From Marinobacter alexandrii (lineage in GTDB: Bacteria > Bacteroidota > Bacteroidia > Cytophagales > Cyclobacteriaceae): 64,000 nt of DNA. A program made the position numbers and the translations under genes. Each line of letters begins with the position of its first letter. The stretch's first letter is position 1. Below are positions 36,207 to 44,480 of this stretch, in pieces. Below the pieces are notes generated by a model, which was not told the DNA's origin, ran no database searches, and saw only the letters and a list, made by a program, of their open reading frames with translations. The DNA lies in assembly GCA_039984955.1 (NCBI GenBank), contig JBDWTN010000008.1:23506-87505 (forward strand), given 5' to 3'.

Positions 36207-37354
36207 ACAGCGTAAAAAATTGGGCATATCGAAACCTGAAAGGAGACCCGGTGATTTGGTTCATCGTTCTCATTTTTTCATTATTCAGCATCATGGTGGT
36301 CTATAGTGCTACCGGCAGTCTGGCATATAAAATGATGGGTGGCAATACGGAGTATTACCTGATAAAACATTCAGTTTTAGTATTAGTCAGCCTAGTGGCA
36401 ATTTGGCTAGCACATCGGTTAGATTATCGCTATTATTCAAAAGTTTCGAAGCTTGTTCTATGGCTATGTGTGCCTCTTTTGTTATTCACCTGGGTATTTG
36501 GGACGAACATCAATGAAGCTTCAAGATGGTTAACAATCCCTGTTATCAATCAAGCATTCCAACCATCTGATTTAGCCAAATTAGCATTACTTGTCACGTT
36601 GGCCAGTATGCTTTCAAAGCGACAGAAATCAATTGATGACTTCCAGAAAGCCATAGTTCCTATGCTTTTTTGGATCGGATTAATTTGCGGATTAATCGCA
36701 TTGACAAACTTCTCTTCCGCTATTCTCTTATTCTTGACATGCATGCTTGTGCTATTCATTGGCAGGGTTCCAGTTAAGTACCTGGCAATGCTTGTCTTAA
36801 TATGTTCAGCATTTGGATCAGTCGCCTTTATGGTTGGCCAGAGAGGAGGCACGGCTATGTCCAGAGTCGAAGATTTTATAAATGATGATACACCATATCA
36901 AGCTAAGCAAGCATATATAGCAATTGCTTCAGGGGGAGTAATTGGAAAAGGACCTGGACAAAGTGATCAAAGAAATTTTCTTCCACATCCGTATTCAGAT
37001 TTCATTTATGCAATTGTTCTCGAAGAGTATGGGCTCATCGGTGGAATCGTTATTCTGTTTTTATACCTCGCATTGCTTTACAGGGGAATGAAAGCGGCAG
37101 AAGATAATGATCGTGCATACGGAGGGCTACTTTCAGCGGGACTGAGTTTTGCGCTTGTCATGCAAGCGCTAGTCAACATGGGGGTTGCCGTGGGTTTAGG
37201 TCCTGTTACAGGATTGACACTTCCATTCATAAGCATGGGAGGTACATCCCAGCTATTCGCAGGAATTGCATTGGGTATTATTCTTAGCGTGAGTCGTGGT
37301 GAGCGAGGTAACCTTGGAGGGACCATTGGAAATCAATATAAAGAAGCTGCATAA
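36203..37354 (+). CDS. ftsW: FtsW/SEDS-family peptidoglycan glycosyltransferase
   Basis: About 10-TM SEDS protein (LKGDPVIWFIVLIF..., PHPYSDFIYAIVLEEYG, LPFISMGGTS). ATG 36203 is preferred. An alternative TTG start lies at 36167. Confidence 0.9.
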   Translation: MNSVKNWAYRNLKGDPVIWFIVLIFSLFSIMVVYSATGSLAYKMMGGNTEYYLIKHSVLVLVSLVAIWLAHRLDYRYYSKVSKLVLWLCVPLLLFTWVFGTNINEASRWLTIPVINQAFQPSDLAKLALLVTLASMLSKRQKSIDDFQKAIVPMLFWIGLICGLIALTNFSSAILLFLTCMLVLFIGRVPVKYLAMLVLICSAFGSVAFMVGQRGGTAMSRVEDFINDDTPYQAKQAYIAIASGGVIGKGPGQSDQRNFLPHPYSDFIYAIVLEEYGLIGGIVILFLYLALLYRGMKAAEDNDRAYGGLLSAGLSFALVMQALVNMGVAVGLGPVTGLTLPFISMGGTSQLFAGIALGIILSVSRGERGNLGGTIGNQYKEAA

Positions 37355-37380
37355 TCGAAAAGGAACGAACATATCGCATT

Positions 37381-38460
37381 ATGATTAGTGGAGGAGGCAC
37401 AGGAGGCCACATCTATCCAGCTATTTCTATAGCACAGGCATTGAAAGAAATGCTTCAGCATGTAGAGATTCTTTTTGTAGGAGCAAAAGGAAAGATGGAG
37501 ATGGACAAAGTTCCTGCTGCGGGTTTTGAAATCGAAGGACTTTGGATTAGTGGAATCCAACGAAAGGTTACGGCAGGGAATCTCATGTTCCCATTCAAGC
37601 TATGCTCAAGCATTATGCGCTCATACGTTTTATTGAAAAAATTTAAGCCCGATGTAGTAGTCGGTGTAGGTGGCTATGCAAGTGGTCCTTTGCTTTATGC
37701 AGCAACCAGAAAGGGAATTCCAACACTCATTCAAGAACAAAATTCGTATGCTGGCTTAACCAATAAGTGGCTAGCTAAAAAAGTGAAAAAAATATGTGTA
37801 GCTCATGAAGGGATGGAAAAATATTTTCCAGCTGACAAACTAGTAGTCACAGGTAATCCAGTTCGAAAAACAATTAAGCTTAATCCAAATAGAATCACTG
37901 AAGCATATAAACATTTTGAGCTGGACAGTAGCAAACCGACACTTCTTGTAATAGGTGGGAGTTTGGGAGCCAGAACGCTCAATGAAAGCTTATTGGCAGG
38001 TCTCGAAAAACTAAAAAAAGAAGGTATCCAATTGATTTGGCAGTGCGGAGGATTTTATCATGAAGAAATGCTTGAACGCTCAAATACATATGATGGAAAG
38101 ATGATTTTGAAAGACTTCATTTTCCAAATGGATTTTGCGTACGCTTGTGCGGATGTAGTTGTTTCAAGAGCCGGAGCACTTTCTATTGCCGAATTAATGC
38201 TCACCGGAAAGCCTGCCATATTAGTGCCATCTCCAAACGTAGCTGAAGACCATCAAACCATCAATGCAATGGCTCTGGTGGAAAACAATGCTGCTGAAAT
38301 GGTGAAAGATACAGAGGCTGTGGAAACGCTTATTGATGAAGCAATCAGCCTACTGAATGATAAAAACAGGAAAGAAAAATTGTCTGAGAATATAAAAGCC
38401 ATGGCGCATGAAAATGCGGCTACTGATATTGCAAATGAGGTAATAAGTTTAATTGCATGA
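37381..38460 (+). CDS. murG: undecaprenyldiphospho-muramoylpentapeptide beta-N-acetylglucosaminyltransferase
   Basis: N-terminal SGGGTGGHIYPA motif and GT28 C-domain (GGSLGAR, RAGALSIAEL). Confidence 0.95.
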   Translation: MISGGGTGGHIYPAISIAQALKEMLQHVEILFVGAKGKMEMDKVPAAGFEIEGLWISGIQRKVTAGNLMFPFKLCSSIMRSYVLLKKFKPDVVVGVGGYASGPLLYAATRKGIPTLIQEQNSYAGLTNKWLAKKVKKICVAHEGMEKYFPADKLVVTGNPVRKTIKLNPNRITEAYKHFELDSSKPTLLVIGGSLGARTLNESLLAGLEKLKKEGIQLIWQCGGFYHEEMLERSNTYDGKMILKDFIFQMDFAYACADVVVSRAGALSIAELMLTGKPAILVPSPNVAEDHQTINAMALVENNAAEMVKDTEAVETLIDEAISLLNDKNRKEKLSENIKAMAHENAATDIANEVISLIA

Positions 38461-39851
38461 CACTAAAAGAAGTAAATAACGTCTTTTTCATCGGTATAGG
38501 AGGTATCGGTATGAGTGCATTAGCTCGATGGTTTCATGCAAATGGAGCGTTGGTTGCTGGCTATGATAAGACAGAGTCAAGTCTTACAAAAAAACTTATA
38601 GAAGAAGGTATTGAAGTTCACTATGAAGATCAATTAGATCTTATTCCAGATACATTTCTAAAGAAAAAGGGGACATTAGTCGTTTTTACACCCGCAGTTT
38701 CAGAAAATCACTTAGAACTTAACTATTTCCTTGACGGTGGGTTTACCGTTATGAAACGCTCAGAAGTTTTGGGGATGATTACTAAAAATCATTTTACGAT
38801 AGCTGTAGCCGGTACGCACGGAAAAACCACAACAACCTCAATGATTGCCCATTTGCTTAGCGCTTCTCGGAAGGGTTGCTCAGCTTTTGTTGGTGGAATT
38901 ATGACCAATACAGGTACAAACCTGATTATTGGAGATCGAGACGCACCTATCGTCGTAGAAGCAGATGAATACGATCGCTCATTCATGCAATTGAATCCTA
39001 ACTACACGATTATCACTTCCTTAGATCCAGACCACTTGGATATCTATGGAGATGAAACCACAATGCTTGACACATATGAGGAGTTTGTGAAAAAGACACC
39101 AAAAGAAGGTAAAGTATTGATGTATTCCGATGCTGGGTTCAAAATCAACCCTGGAAATAAATATGTATCGTACGCTATCAAGAATGGCGATGTTGTAGCT
39201 GATGCGCTTCGAATTGTAAATGGAGCATTCGTATTTACTTACAGATACGGAATGGAGAAAATCGCAGATGTACATCTCGAGGTTCCTGGATATCACAACG
39301 TAGAAAATGCTTTGGCGGCCATAACGGTTGCCTTGGATTTGGGAATGGAAGGGAAGGAGATCAGGAAAAGAATGAAGACTTATGCTGGCGTTAAGCGACG
39401 TTTTGAATACATCTTCAGAAGTCCTCACACAACATTGATTGATGATTATGCTCATCACCCGCAAGAAATTGAGGCTTTTTTAAAATCTGTAAGATCACTG
39501 GCAGGCAAGCGTAAGATCACGGCTATTTTTCAACCGCATCTATATTCCAGAACCGATGATTTCAAGAAAGGATTTGCAGAAGCTTTAGATAAAGCAGATG
39601 AAGTAATCCTATTGGATATTTATCCTGCACGCGAAGAACCGATTCCTGGAGTTACTTCAAAATCAATTTTTGATTTGATGGAGAATGAAAAGAAGGTGAT
39701 GGTTCCAAAAGATTACCTGCTCATGGAACTAGATAACCATAACCTTGATATTGTGGTAACCATTGGTGCTGGTGATATTGATCGTGAAGTTCCAAAAGTT
39801 GCTGACTATATGAGAAACAAGTTCAACTCAAAATCTGAAGAAGATGAGTAA
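38457..39851 (+). CDS. murC: UDP-N-acetylmuramate--L-alanine ligase
   Basis: FIGIGGIGMSALA N-domain and P-loop AGTHGKTTTTSM. ATGA overlap with murG. Confidence 0.95.
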   Translation: MTLKEVNNVFFIGIGGIGMSALARWFHANGALVAGYDKTESSLTKKLIEEGIEVHYEDQLDLIPDTFLKKKGTLVVFTPAVSENHLELNYFLDGGFTVMKRSEVLGMITKNHFTIAVAGTHGKTTTTSMIAHLLSASRKGCSAFVGGIMTNTGTNLIIGDRDAPIVVEADEYDRSFMQLNPNYTIITSLDPDHLDIYGDETTMLDTYEEFVKKTPKEGKVLMYSDAGFKINPGNKYVSYAIKNGDVVADALRIVNGAFVFTYRYGMEKIADVHLEVPGYHNVENALAAITVALDLGMEGKEIRKRMKTYAGVKRRFEYIFRSPHTTLIDDYAHHPQEIEAFLKSVRSLAGKRKITAIFQPHLYSRTDDFKKGFAEALDKADEVILLDIYPAREEPIPGVTSKSIFDLMENEKKVMVPKDYLLMELDNHNLDIVVTIGAGDIDREVPKVADYMRNKFNSKSEEDE

Positions 39852-40602
39852 GCAAGAGAAGCAAAACATATTGATCTACTCGTTCAGCGGATTGCTTTTG
39901 CTTTCCCTAATCACATTTGTGAGCATAAAAAATAATGGCCGTCCTGTAGAAGGAGTTAAAGTTGAAATACTTGAGCAGGAGGGGAATTTCTTCACTGATC
40001 AGCTGGAAGTAGTGGACTTGATGACTGACAAGAGTGCGGATTATGTGATAGGAGTAGAGATGGGAGATTTAGATCCAAAAATTTTAGAAGAACGCGTTGA
40101 AACCAATCCTTTTGTAAGAGATGCTCAGGTATATAGAGATCTAAAGGGAAATCTTCAGGTCAAGGTCAAGCAGAGTAAACCGATAGCCAGACTTTTTGTA
40201 GACGGAAAAAATGATCGCTACATAGATTCTGAAGGCCGTGTTCTCCCAGTAAATGCTAAACATACGGCTAGGGTACCGTTAGTGGAAACGGAATTTGACT
40301 TTGTATGGGAGGAAAATCTGAATGAGTCTAAATACGGAATGCAGGTTTTTGATCTACTTACATTTATTGAAGCTGACGATTTTTGGAAAGCTCAGATAGC
40401 TCATATTGTTGTAAAGAAAGATGGAGAAGTAGACATGTTTCCACAAGTAACAAAACAGATTATAGAATTTGGAAGGCCAGAAGACTTTGAAAGTAAATTT
40501 TCAAAACTGATGACTTTCTATAAAGAAATATTACCCAAGAAGGGCTGGAACAGCTATAGTAGGGTCAATTTGAAGTTTGAAAATCAAATTATTTGCGAGT
40601 AG
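39844..40602 (+). CDS. ftsQ: cell division protein FtsQ-like (POTRA domain)
   Basis: One N-terminal TM (ILIYSFSGLLLLSLITFVSI) and a POTRA-like segment, in the conserved position between murC and ftsA. Confidence 0.8.
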   Translation: MSKQEKQNILIYSFSGLLLLSLITFVSIKNNGRPVEGVKVEILEQEGNFFTDQLEVVDLMTDKSADYVIGVEMGDLDPKILEERVETNPFVRDAQVYRDLKGNLQVKVKQSKPIARLFVDGKNDRYIDSEGRVLPVNAKHTARVPLVETEFDFVWEENLNESKYGMQVFDLLTFIEADDFWKAQIAHIVVKKDGEVDMFPQVTKQIIEFGRPEDFESKFSKLMTFYKEILPKKGWNSYSRVNLKFENQIICE

Positions 40603-40627
40603 TAATCACCAAGAAATTATAGATATT

Positions 40628-41923
40628 ATGGAAGATAAAATCATCGTTGGATTAGACATAGGCACGACAAAGATCTGTGCCATTGTTGGTAAGAAGAATG
40701 AATACGGAAAGCTGGAGATACTAGGCATGGGCAAGGCAGTATCTGATGGTGTGATTCGTGGAATTGTAACCAACATTGACAAAACTGTAAGAGCTATTGA
40801 GAAAGCAATTGCAGAAGCAAGTGAGCAGTCAGGAATAGATGTGAAAGTGGTCAATGTAGGTATTGCAGGGCAGCATATTAAGAGCGCGGTACATCATGGT
40901 GGGATCACTCGTGAAGATTCAGAAGGGGAGATTACTATTGAAGACTTAAGTCGCCTGAATAGTGATATGCACAGAATTGTAACACCTCCAGGTAGTGAAA
41001 TTATCCATGTGATGCCTCAGGACTACATAGTAGATTATGAAGATGGCATCATGGATCCGGTTGGAATGACTGGGGTGAAATTAGAAGCAGACTTCCACAT
41101 CATTACAGCACAGACTAACGCAATCAACAACATAAACAAGTGTGTGAGAAAAGCTGGGCTCCAGATTGAGAATCTCATTTTGGAACCACTCGCGTCCAGC
41201 TTATCTGTTTTAAGTGATGAAGAAAAAGAAGCCGGTGTTTGCCTGGTTGATATTGGTGGTGGAACGACGGATGTCGCCGTGTTTTATGACAACATTATTC
41301 GTCACACAGCTGTGATCCCTTTTGGGGGTAATATTATCACATCGGATATCAAGCAAGGCTGTATGGTGATGGAACATCAGGCAGAACTTCTGAAAACAAA
41401 ATTTGGTAAAGCGATATCTGAAGAAGCAAGCCCGAATGAGATCGTATCTATTCCAGGTTTGAGGAATAGACCTCCAAAAGAGATTTCTATTAAAAACCTT
41501 GCGCACATCATTGAAGCTAGAATGGAAGAAATCATTGAACTCGCTCATACAGAGATTATTAGTTCAGGTTACAATAAAAAACTTGCGGCAGGTATTGTGG
41601 TGACAGGAGGAGGCTCTCAATTGACAAACTTGAGCCAATTGTTTGAATATATGACTGGCTTAGACACGCGAATTGGATATCCAAATGAACATCTGGGTAG
41701 AAGCAAAGTGGATGCAGCTAAAAGCCCAATGTTTGCGACTACTGTTGGTCTGGTGCTTTCAGGATTTAAAGCATTGGATATTAGAGAAGCAAGGTATTCC
41801 GAGGTTCCCTCTTTTAAAGGAGAAGGAAAGAAAAAGATGAAACAAGGCAATAAGTTCTTTTCCAATATTCTGGAGAAAACGAAAGGTCTTTTAATCGATG
41901 ATTTTGATGATAAAATTAGTTAG
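40628..41923 (+). CDS. ftsA: cell division protein FtsA
   Basis: Actin-fold motifs VGLDIGTTKICA and VDIGGGTTDVAV. ATG 40628 is preferred over the alternative start at 40577, which overlaps ftsQ. Confidence 0.95.
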   Translation: MEDKIIVGLDIGTTKICAIVGKKNEYGKLEILGMGKAVSDGVIRGIVTNIDKTVRAIEKAIAEASEQSGIDVKVVNVGIAGQHIKSAVHHGGITREDSEGEITIEDLSRLNSDMHRIVTPPGSEIIHVMPQDYIVDYEDGIMDPVGMTGVKLEADFHIITAQTNAINNINKCVRKAGLQIENLILEPLASSLSVLSDEEKEAGVCLVDIGGGTTDVAVFYDNIIRHTAVIPFGGNIITSDIKQGCMVMEHQAELLKTKFGKAISEEASPNEIVSIPGLRNRPPKEISIKNLAHIIEARMEEIIELAHTEIISSGYNKKLAAGIVVTGGGSQLTNLSQLFEYMTGLDTRIGYPNEHLGRSKVDAAKSPMFATTVGLVLSGFKALDIREARYSEVPSFKGEGKKKMKQGNKFFSNILEKTKGLLIDDFDDKIS

Positions 41924-41941
41924 TGAAGAGTAATTGGTTGC

Positions 41942-41986
41942 GAGCCACGAGATGGCTCATAACTCGTAACTCATAACTCAAAACTT
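41942..41986 (+). repeat. hairpin plus four tandem heptamers immediately upstream of ftsZ
   Basis: The hairpin is GAGCCA-cgaga-TGGCTC. It is followed by ATAACTC GTAACTC ATAACTC AAAACTT, ending 7 nt before the ftsZ ATG. Confidence 0.6.
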
Positions 41987-41993
41987 AATAATT

Positions 41994-43550
41994 ATGGCAG
42001 AAAATATGTATCAATTCGACTTACCGTCTCATCACAAGTCCATCATCAAGGTGGTAGGTGTTGGCGGTGGTGGCAGCAATGCTGTTAATCACATGTACAG
42101 CCTGGGGATCCGGGACGTAGAATTTGTGGTCTGTAATACAGATCATCAAGCACTAGAAAGTAGTGCAGTACCAAACAAGCTTCAGGTGGGTAATAACCTG
42201 ACAAGTGGGTTGGGAGCTGGAGCAAATCCTGAAAGAGGCAGAAATGCCGCAATTGAAAGCAAAGAAGAAATTCGGGACCTACTCTCGCAAGACACTAAAA
42301 TGGTTTTCATTACTGCAGGAATGGGTGGTGGTACCGGTACTGGTGCCGCTCCAGTAATTGCGCAAGTAGCTAGCGAGTTAGATATCCTTACGGTAGGAAT
42401 CGTAACAGCACCATTTGCTTTTGAAGGCAAGAAAAAAATGAAAGCTGCTGAAGAAGGTATCAAAGAATTGAAAAAGTATTGCGATACCGTACTAGTAATC
42501 ATGAATGATAAACTTCGTGAAATCTATGGTAACCTTTCCATAAGTGATGCTTTCGCGCAGGCAGATAATGTATTGACAACTGCTGCTAAAGGTATTGCAG
42601 AGATTATCACTGTTCCGGGATATGTGAATGTGGATTTTGAAGACGTAAAGACAGTGATGAAAGGTGCAGGACCTGCCGTGATGGGATCAGCAAAAACTAT
42701 AGGAGACAACCGAGCGCGTAGAGCAGCAGAAGAAGCATTGAACTCTCCATTGTTGAATCAACATGACATTTTTGGGGCAGAGAAAATCTTGCTTTCGATC
42801 ATCTCTGGTGAAGAGGCTGAACTTCAAATGGATGAACTGACAGACATTACCGATTACATTCAAGAATATGCGGGAGATAATGCAGAAGTGATCTTCGGTC
42901 ACGGTGTAGATAGCACACTGGGTGAAAACATTAGGGTAACTGTAATTGCTACTGGTTTTGGCAAAGTAGATGAGGATGGGGAGTATATCTCTAAAGAAGA
43001 GGAAGCAAGACGATTTGACTTAAACTCTCAAAAAGAGATCAGTGAAACACAAAAACAAGACACTACTTCGGATTTCATGTTCGAGATTGAAAACGAAAGT
43101 GACAAGGATGAAGTAGAAGATTGGACTTATGAATTCAGTTCATTGAAAGATGAAATAAAAAGAGAAGTTGAGGAAGAAGACCAAAGTGGAGAAAAACAAA
43201 GAGTGGAACAGCCTGCTTTTGAATTTGACTTCACGAATAGCTTTGAAGGAGAGGAAGAAATTGATGAGGAAGAGGTAAGTATCAATGATGCTTTTACAGC
43301 ATCTCCTGACTCTAAGCAAGTTCGACTCGCACAAGAACGTGCAGAGCGAGAGGCTATGTTTGATGACAAGAAGTTTGAAATGGCAACAGAAGAGTTTAAG
43401 GAGCGTTTAGACGTGCCCGCATATGAGCGCAAGAAAGTAAAACTTCAGAATGTACCTCATTCATCTGAGCGAAATATTTCAAAATTCAACTTGAACGAGG
43501 AGAATCAGATTCTCGGAAATAATAAATTCTTGCATGATAACGTGGATTGA
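41994..43550 (+). CDS. ftsZ: cell division GTPase FtsZ with long acidic linker and extended C-terminal tail
   Basis: Tubulin signature GGGTGTGAAPV and an acidic linker (EEEDQSGEK...EEEIDEEE). The conserved C-terminal peptide-like DVPAYERKK starts at nt 43410 and is followed by 37 more residues ending NNKFLHDNVD. Confidence 0.97.
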   Translation: MAENMYQFDLPSHHKSIIKVVGVGGGGSNAVNHMYSLGIRDVEFVVCNTDHQALESSAVPNKLQVGNNLTSGLGAGANPERGRNAAIESKEEIRDLLSQDTKMVFITAGMGGGTGTGAAPVIAQVASELDILTVGIVTAPFAFEGKKKMKAAEEGIKELKKYCDTVLVIMNDKLREIYGNLSISDAFAQADNVLTTAAKGIAEIITVPGYVNVDFEDVKTVMKGAGPAVMGSAKTIGDNRARRAAEEALNSPLLNQHDIFGAEKILLSIISGEEAELQMDELTDITDYIQEYAGDNAEVIFGHGVDSTLGENIRVTVIATGFGKVDEDGEYISKEEEARRFDLNSQKEISETQKQDTTSDFMFEIENESDKDEVEDWTYEFSSLKDEIKREVEEEDQSGEKQRVEQPAFEFDFTNSFEGEEEIDEEEVSINDAFTASPDSKQVRLAQERAEREAMFDDKKFEMATEEFKERLDVPAYERKKVKLQNVPHSSERNISKFNLNEENQILGNNKFLHDNVD

Positions 43551-43557
43551 TAATCTA

Positions 43558-43622
43558 CGTCATCGCGAGTGAATACGAAGCGATCTTAATATTGAGATAG
43601 CTTCACTTCGTTCGCAATGACG
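43558..43622. repeat. imperfect 27-28 nt inverted repeat in the ftsZ 3' region
   Basis: CGTCATCGCGAGTGAATACGAAGCGATC - loop TTAATATTGA - GATAGCTTCACTTCGTTCGCAATGACG. About 21 of 28 positions pair. Confidence 0.5.
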
Positions 43623-43702
43623 GTTATCTGTCCTAAAGACATGGTTAACGTAGGTGTTAGTCATACATGTGCCGGACATGATCCGGTATTCTGCCAAGAA
43701 TG

Positions 43703-43734
43703 AACCCCGGCCATGGTCGGGGTTTAATTTTTTT
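43703..43734 (+). terminator. rho-independent terminator of the dcw operon
   Basis: AACCCCG-gccatggt-CGGGGTT followed by TAATTTTTTT. Confidence 0.75.
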
Positions 43735-43755
43735 AAAGGAGAGAAAAACTAAGAC

Positions 43756-43938
43756 TTATTTATTTTTTGCGGACTCTTTTCGATCCCTATCAGACTTAAA
43801 AGCTGCATAAATGCCAATTAGAACCCCCAAGCCTAAGGAAATGTATTGTAGGATTTGATTTTCATTGAAGATTGTTAATCCGAGTGTTGAAAACATAATT
43901 CCAATTATGACCAACGATGTACTCTTATCTTTTTTCAT
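43756..43938 (-). CDS. small two-helix membrane protein (hypothetical)
   Basis: 60 aa with two hydrophobic helices (LVIIGIMFSTLGLTIF, ISLGLGVLIGIYAAF) and a basic tail. Confidence 0.4.
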   Translation of the reverse strand: MKKDKSTSLVIIGIMFSTLGLTIFNENQILQYISLGLGVLIGIYAAFKSDRDRKESAKNK

Positions 43939-44138
43939 TGATTTGTAAAATGTATATACAGTTGGTGGTTCTTTCTGTTGATTTATTACAAGAAATTCTA
44001 TTTCAACCTAACAGTCAATAAGTTGAAGGAGACAAATTCGATCATATCCGCAACAATTACTTATTTCTTTCTACATTATCGAAACTAATTAAATGTTAGT
44101 CTCGTATAGAAATTTACAAAATAGAAACTAATAATGGA

Positions 44139-44480
44139 ATGGGAAAGAACGCAATAGGTGAATTCGAAGAATTGTTACTTCTTACAGTACTTATACTTCA
44201 AGAAGAAGCTTATATCCTAAAAATCAAAGAGGAGCTTGTAAATCAAGCAAATCGAAAATCAGCGATGGGAGCAATTCACATTACACTAAGTAGACTTGAG
44301 AGTAAGGACTTGCTCAAGTCAAGTTTAGGAGGTGCTACCGCTGAAAGAGGAGGTAGGAAGAAGAGAATCTACGAACTCACAGCCGCTGGTAAAACTGCAC
44401 TTACTGAAGTCAAGGAGACGCGCAACAGTATGTGGAACAATGTTCCGGAATTTGCACTGAAGGTTGTCTATGCCAATTGA
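44139..44480 (+). CDS. PadR family transcriptional regulator
   Basis: Winged-helix pattern LLLLTVLILQEEAYILKIKEEL...GAIHITLSRLESKDLL...RKKRIYELTAAGK. Confidence 0.85.
   Translation: MGKNAIGEFEELLLLTVLILQEEAYILKIKEELVNQANRKSAMGAIHITLSRLESKDLLKSSLGGATAERGGRKKRIYELTAAGKTALTEVKETRNSMWNNVPEFALKVVYAN

Noticed and set aside
40577-40627. Extended ftsA start overlapping ftsQ. Similar extended alternative starts appear for fabD (58902), cmk (59941), ftsL (29050) and the oxidoreductase ORF (22985).
   Set aside because: In each case an ATG immediately precedes the conserved family N-terminus (MEDKIIVGLDIGTTK, MSKAYVFPGQGAQ, MNKIVIAIDG, etc.). The upstream residues are not family-like.
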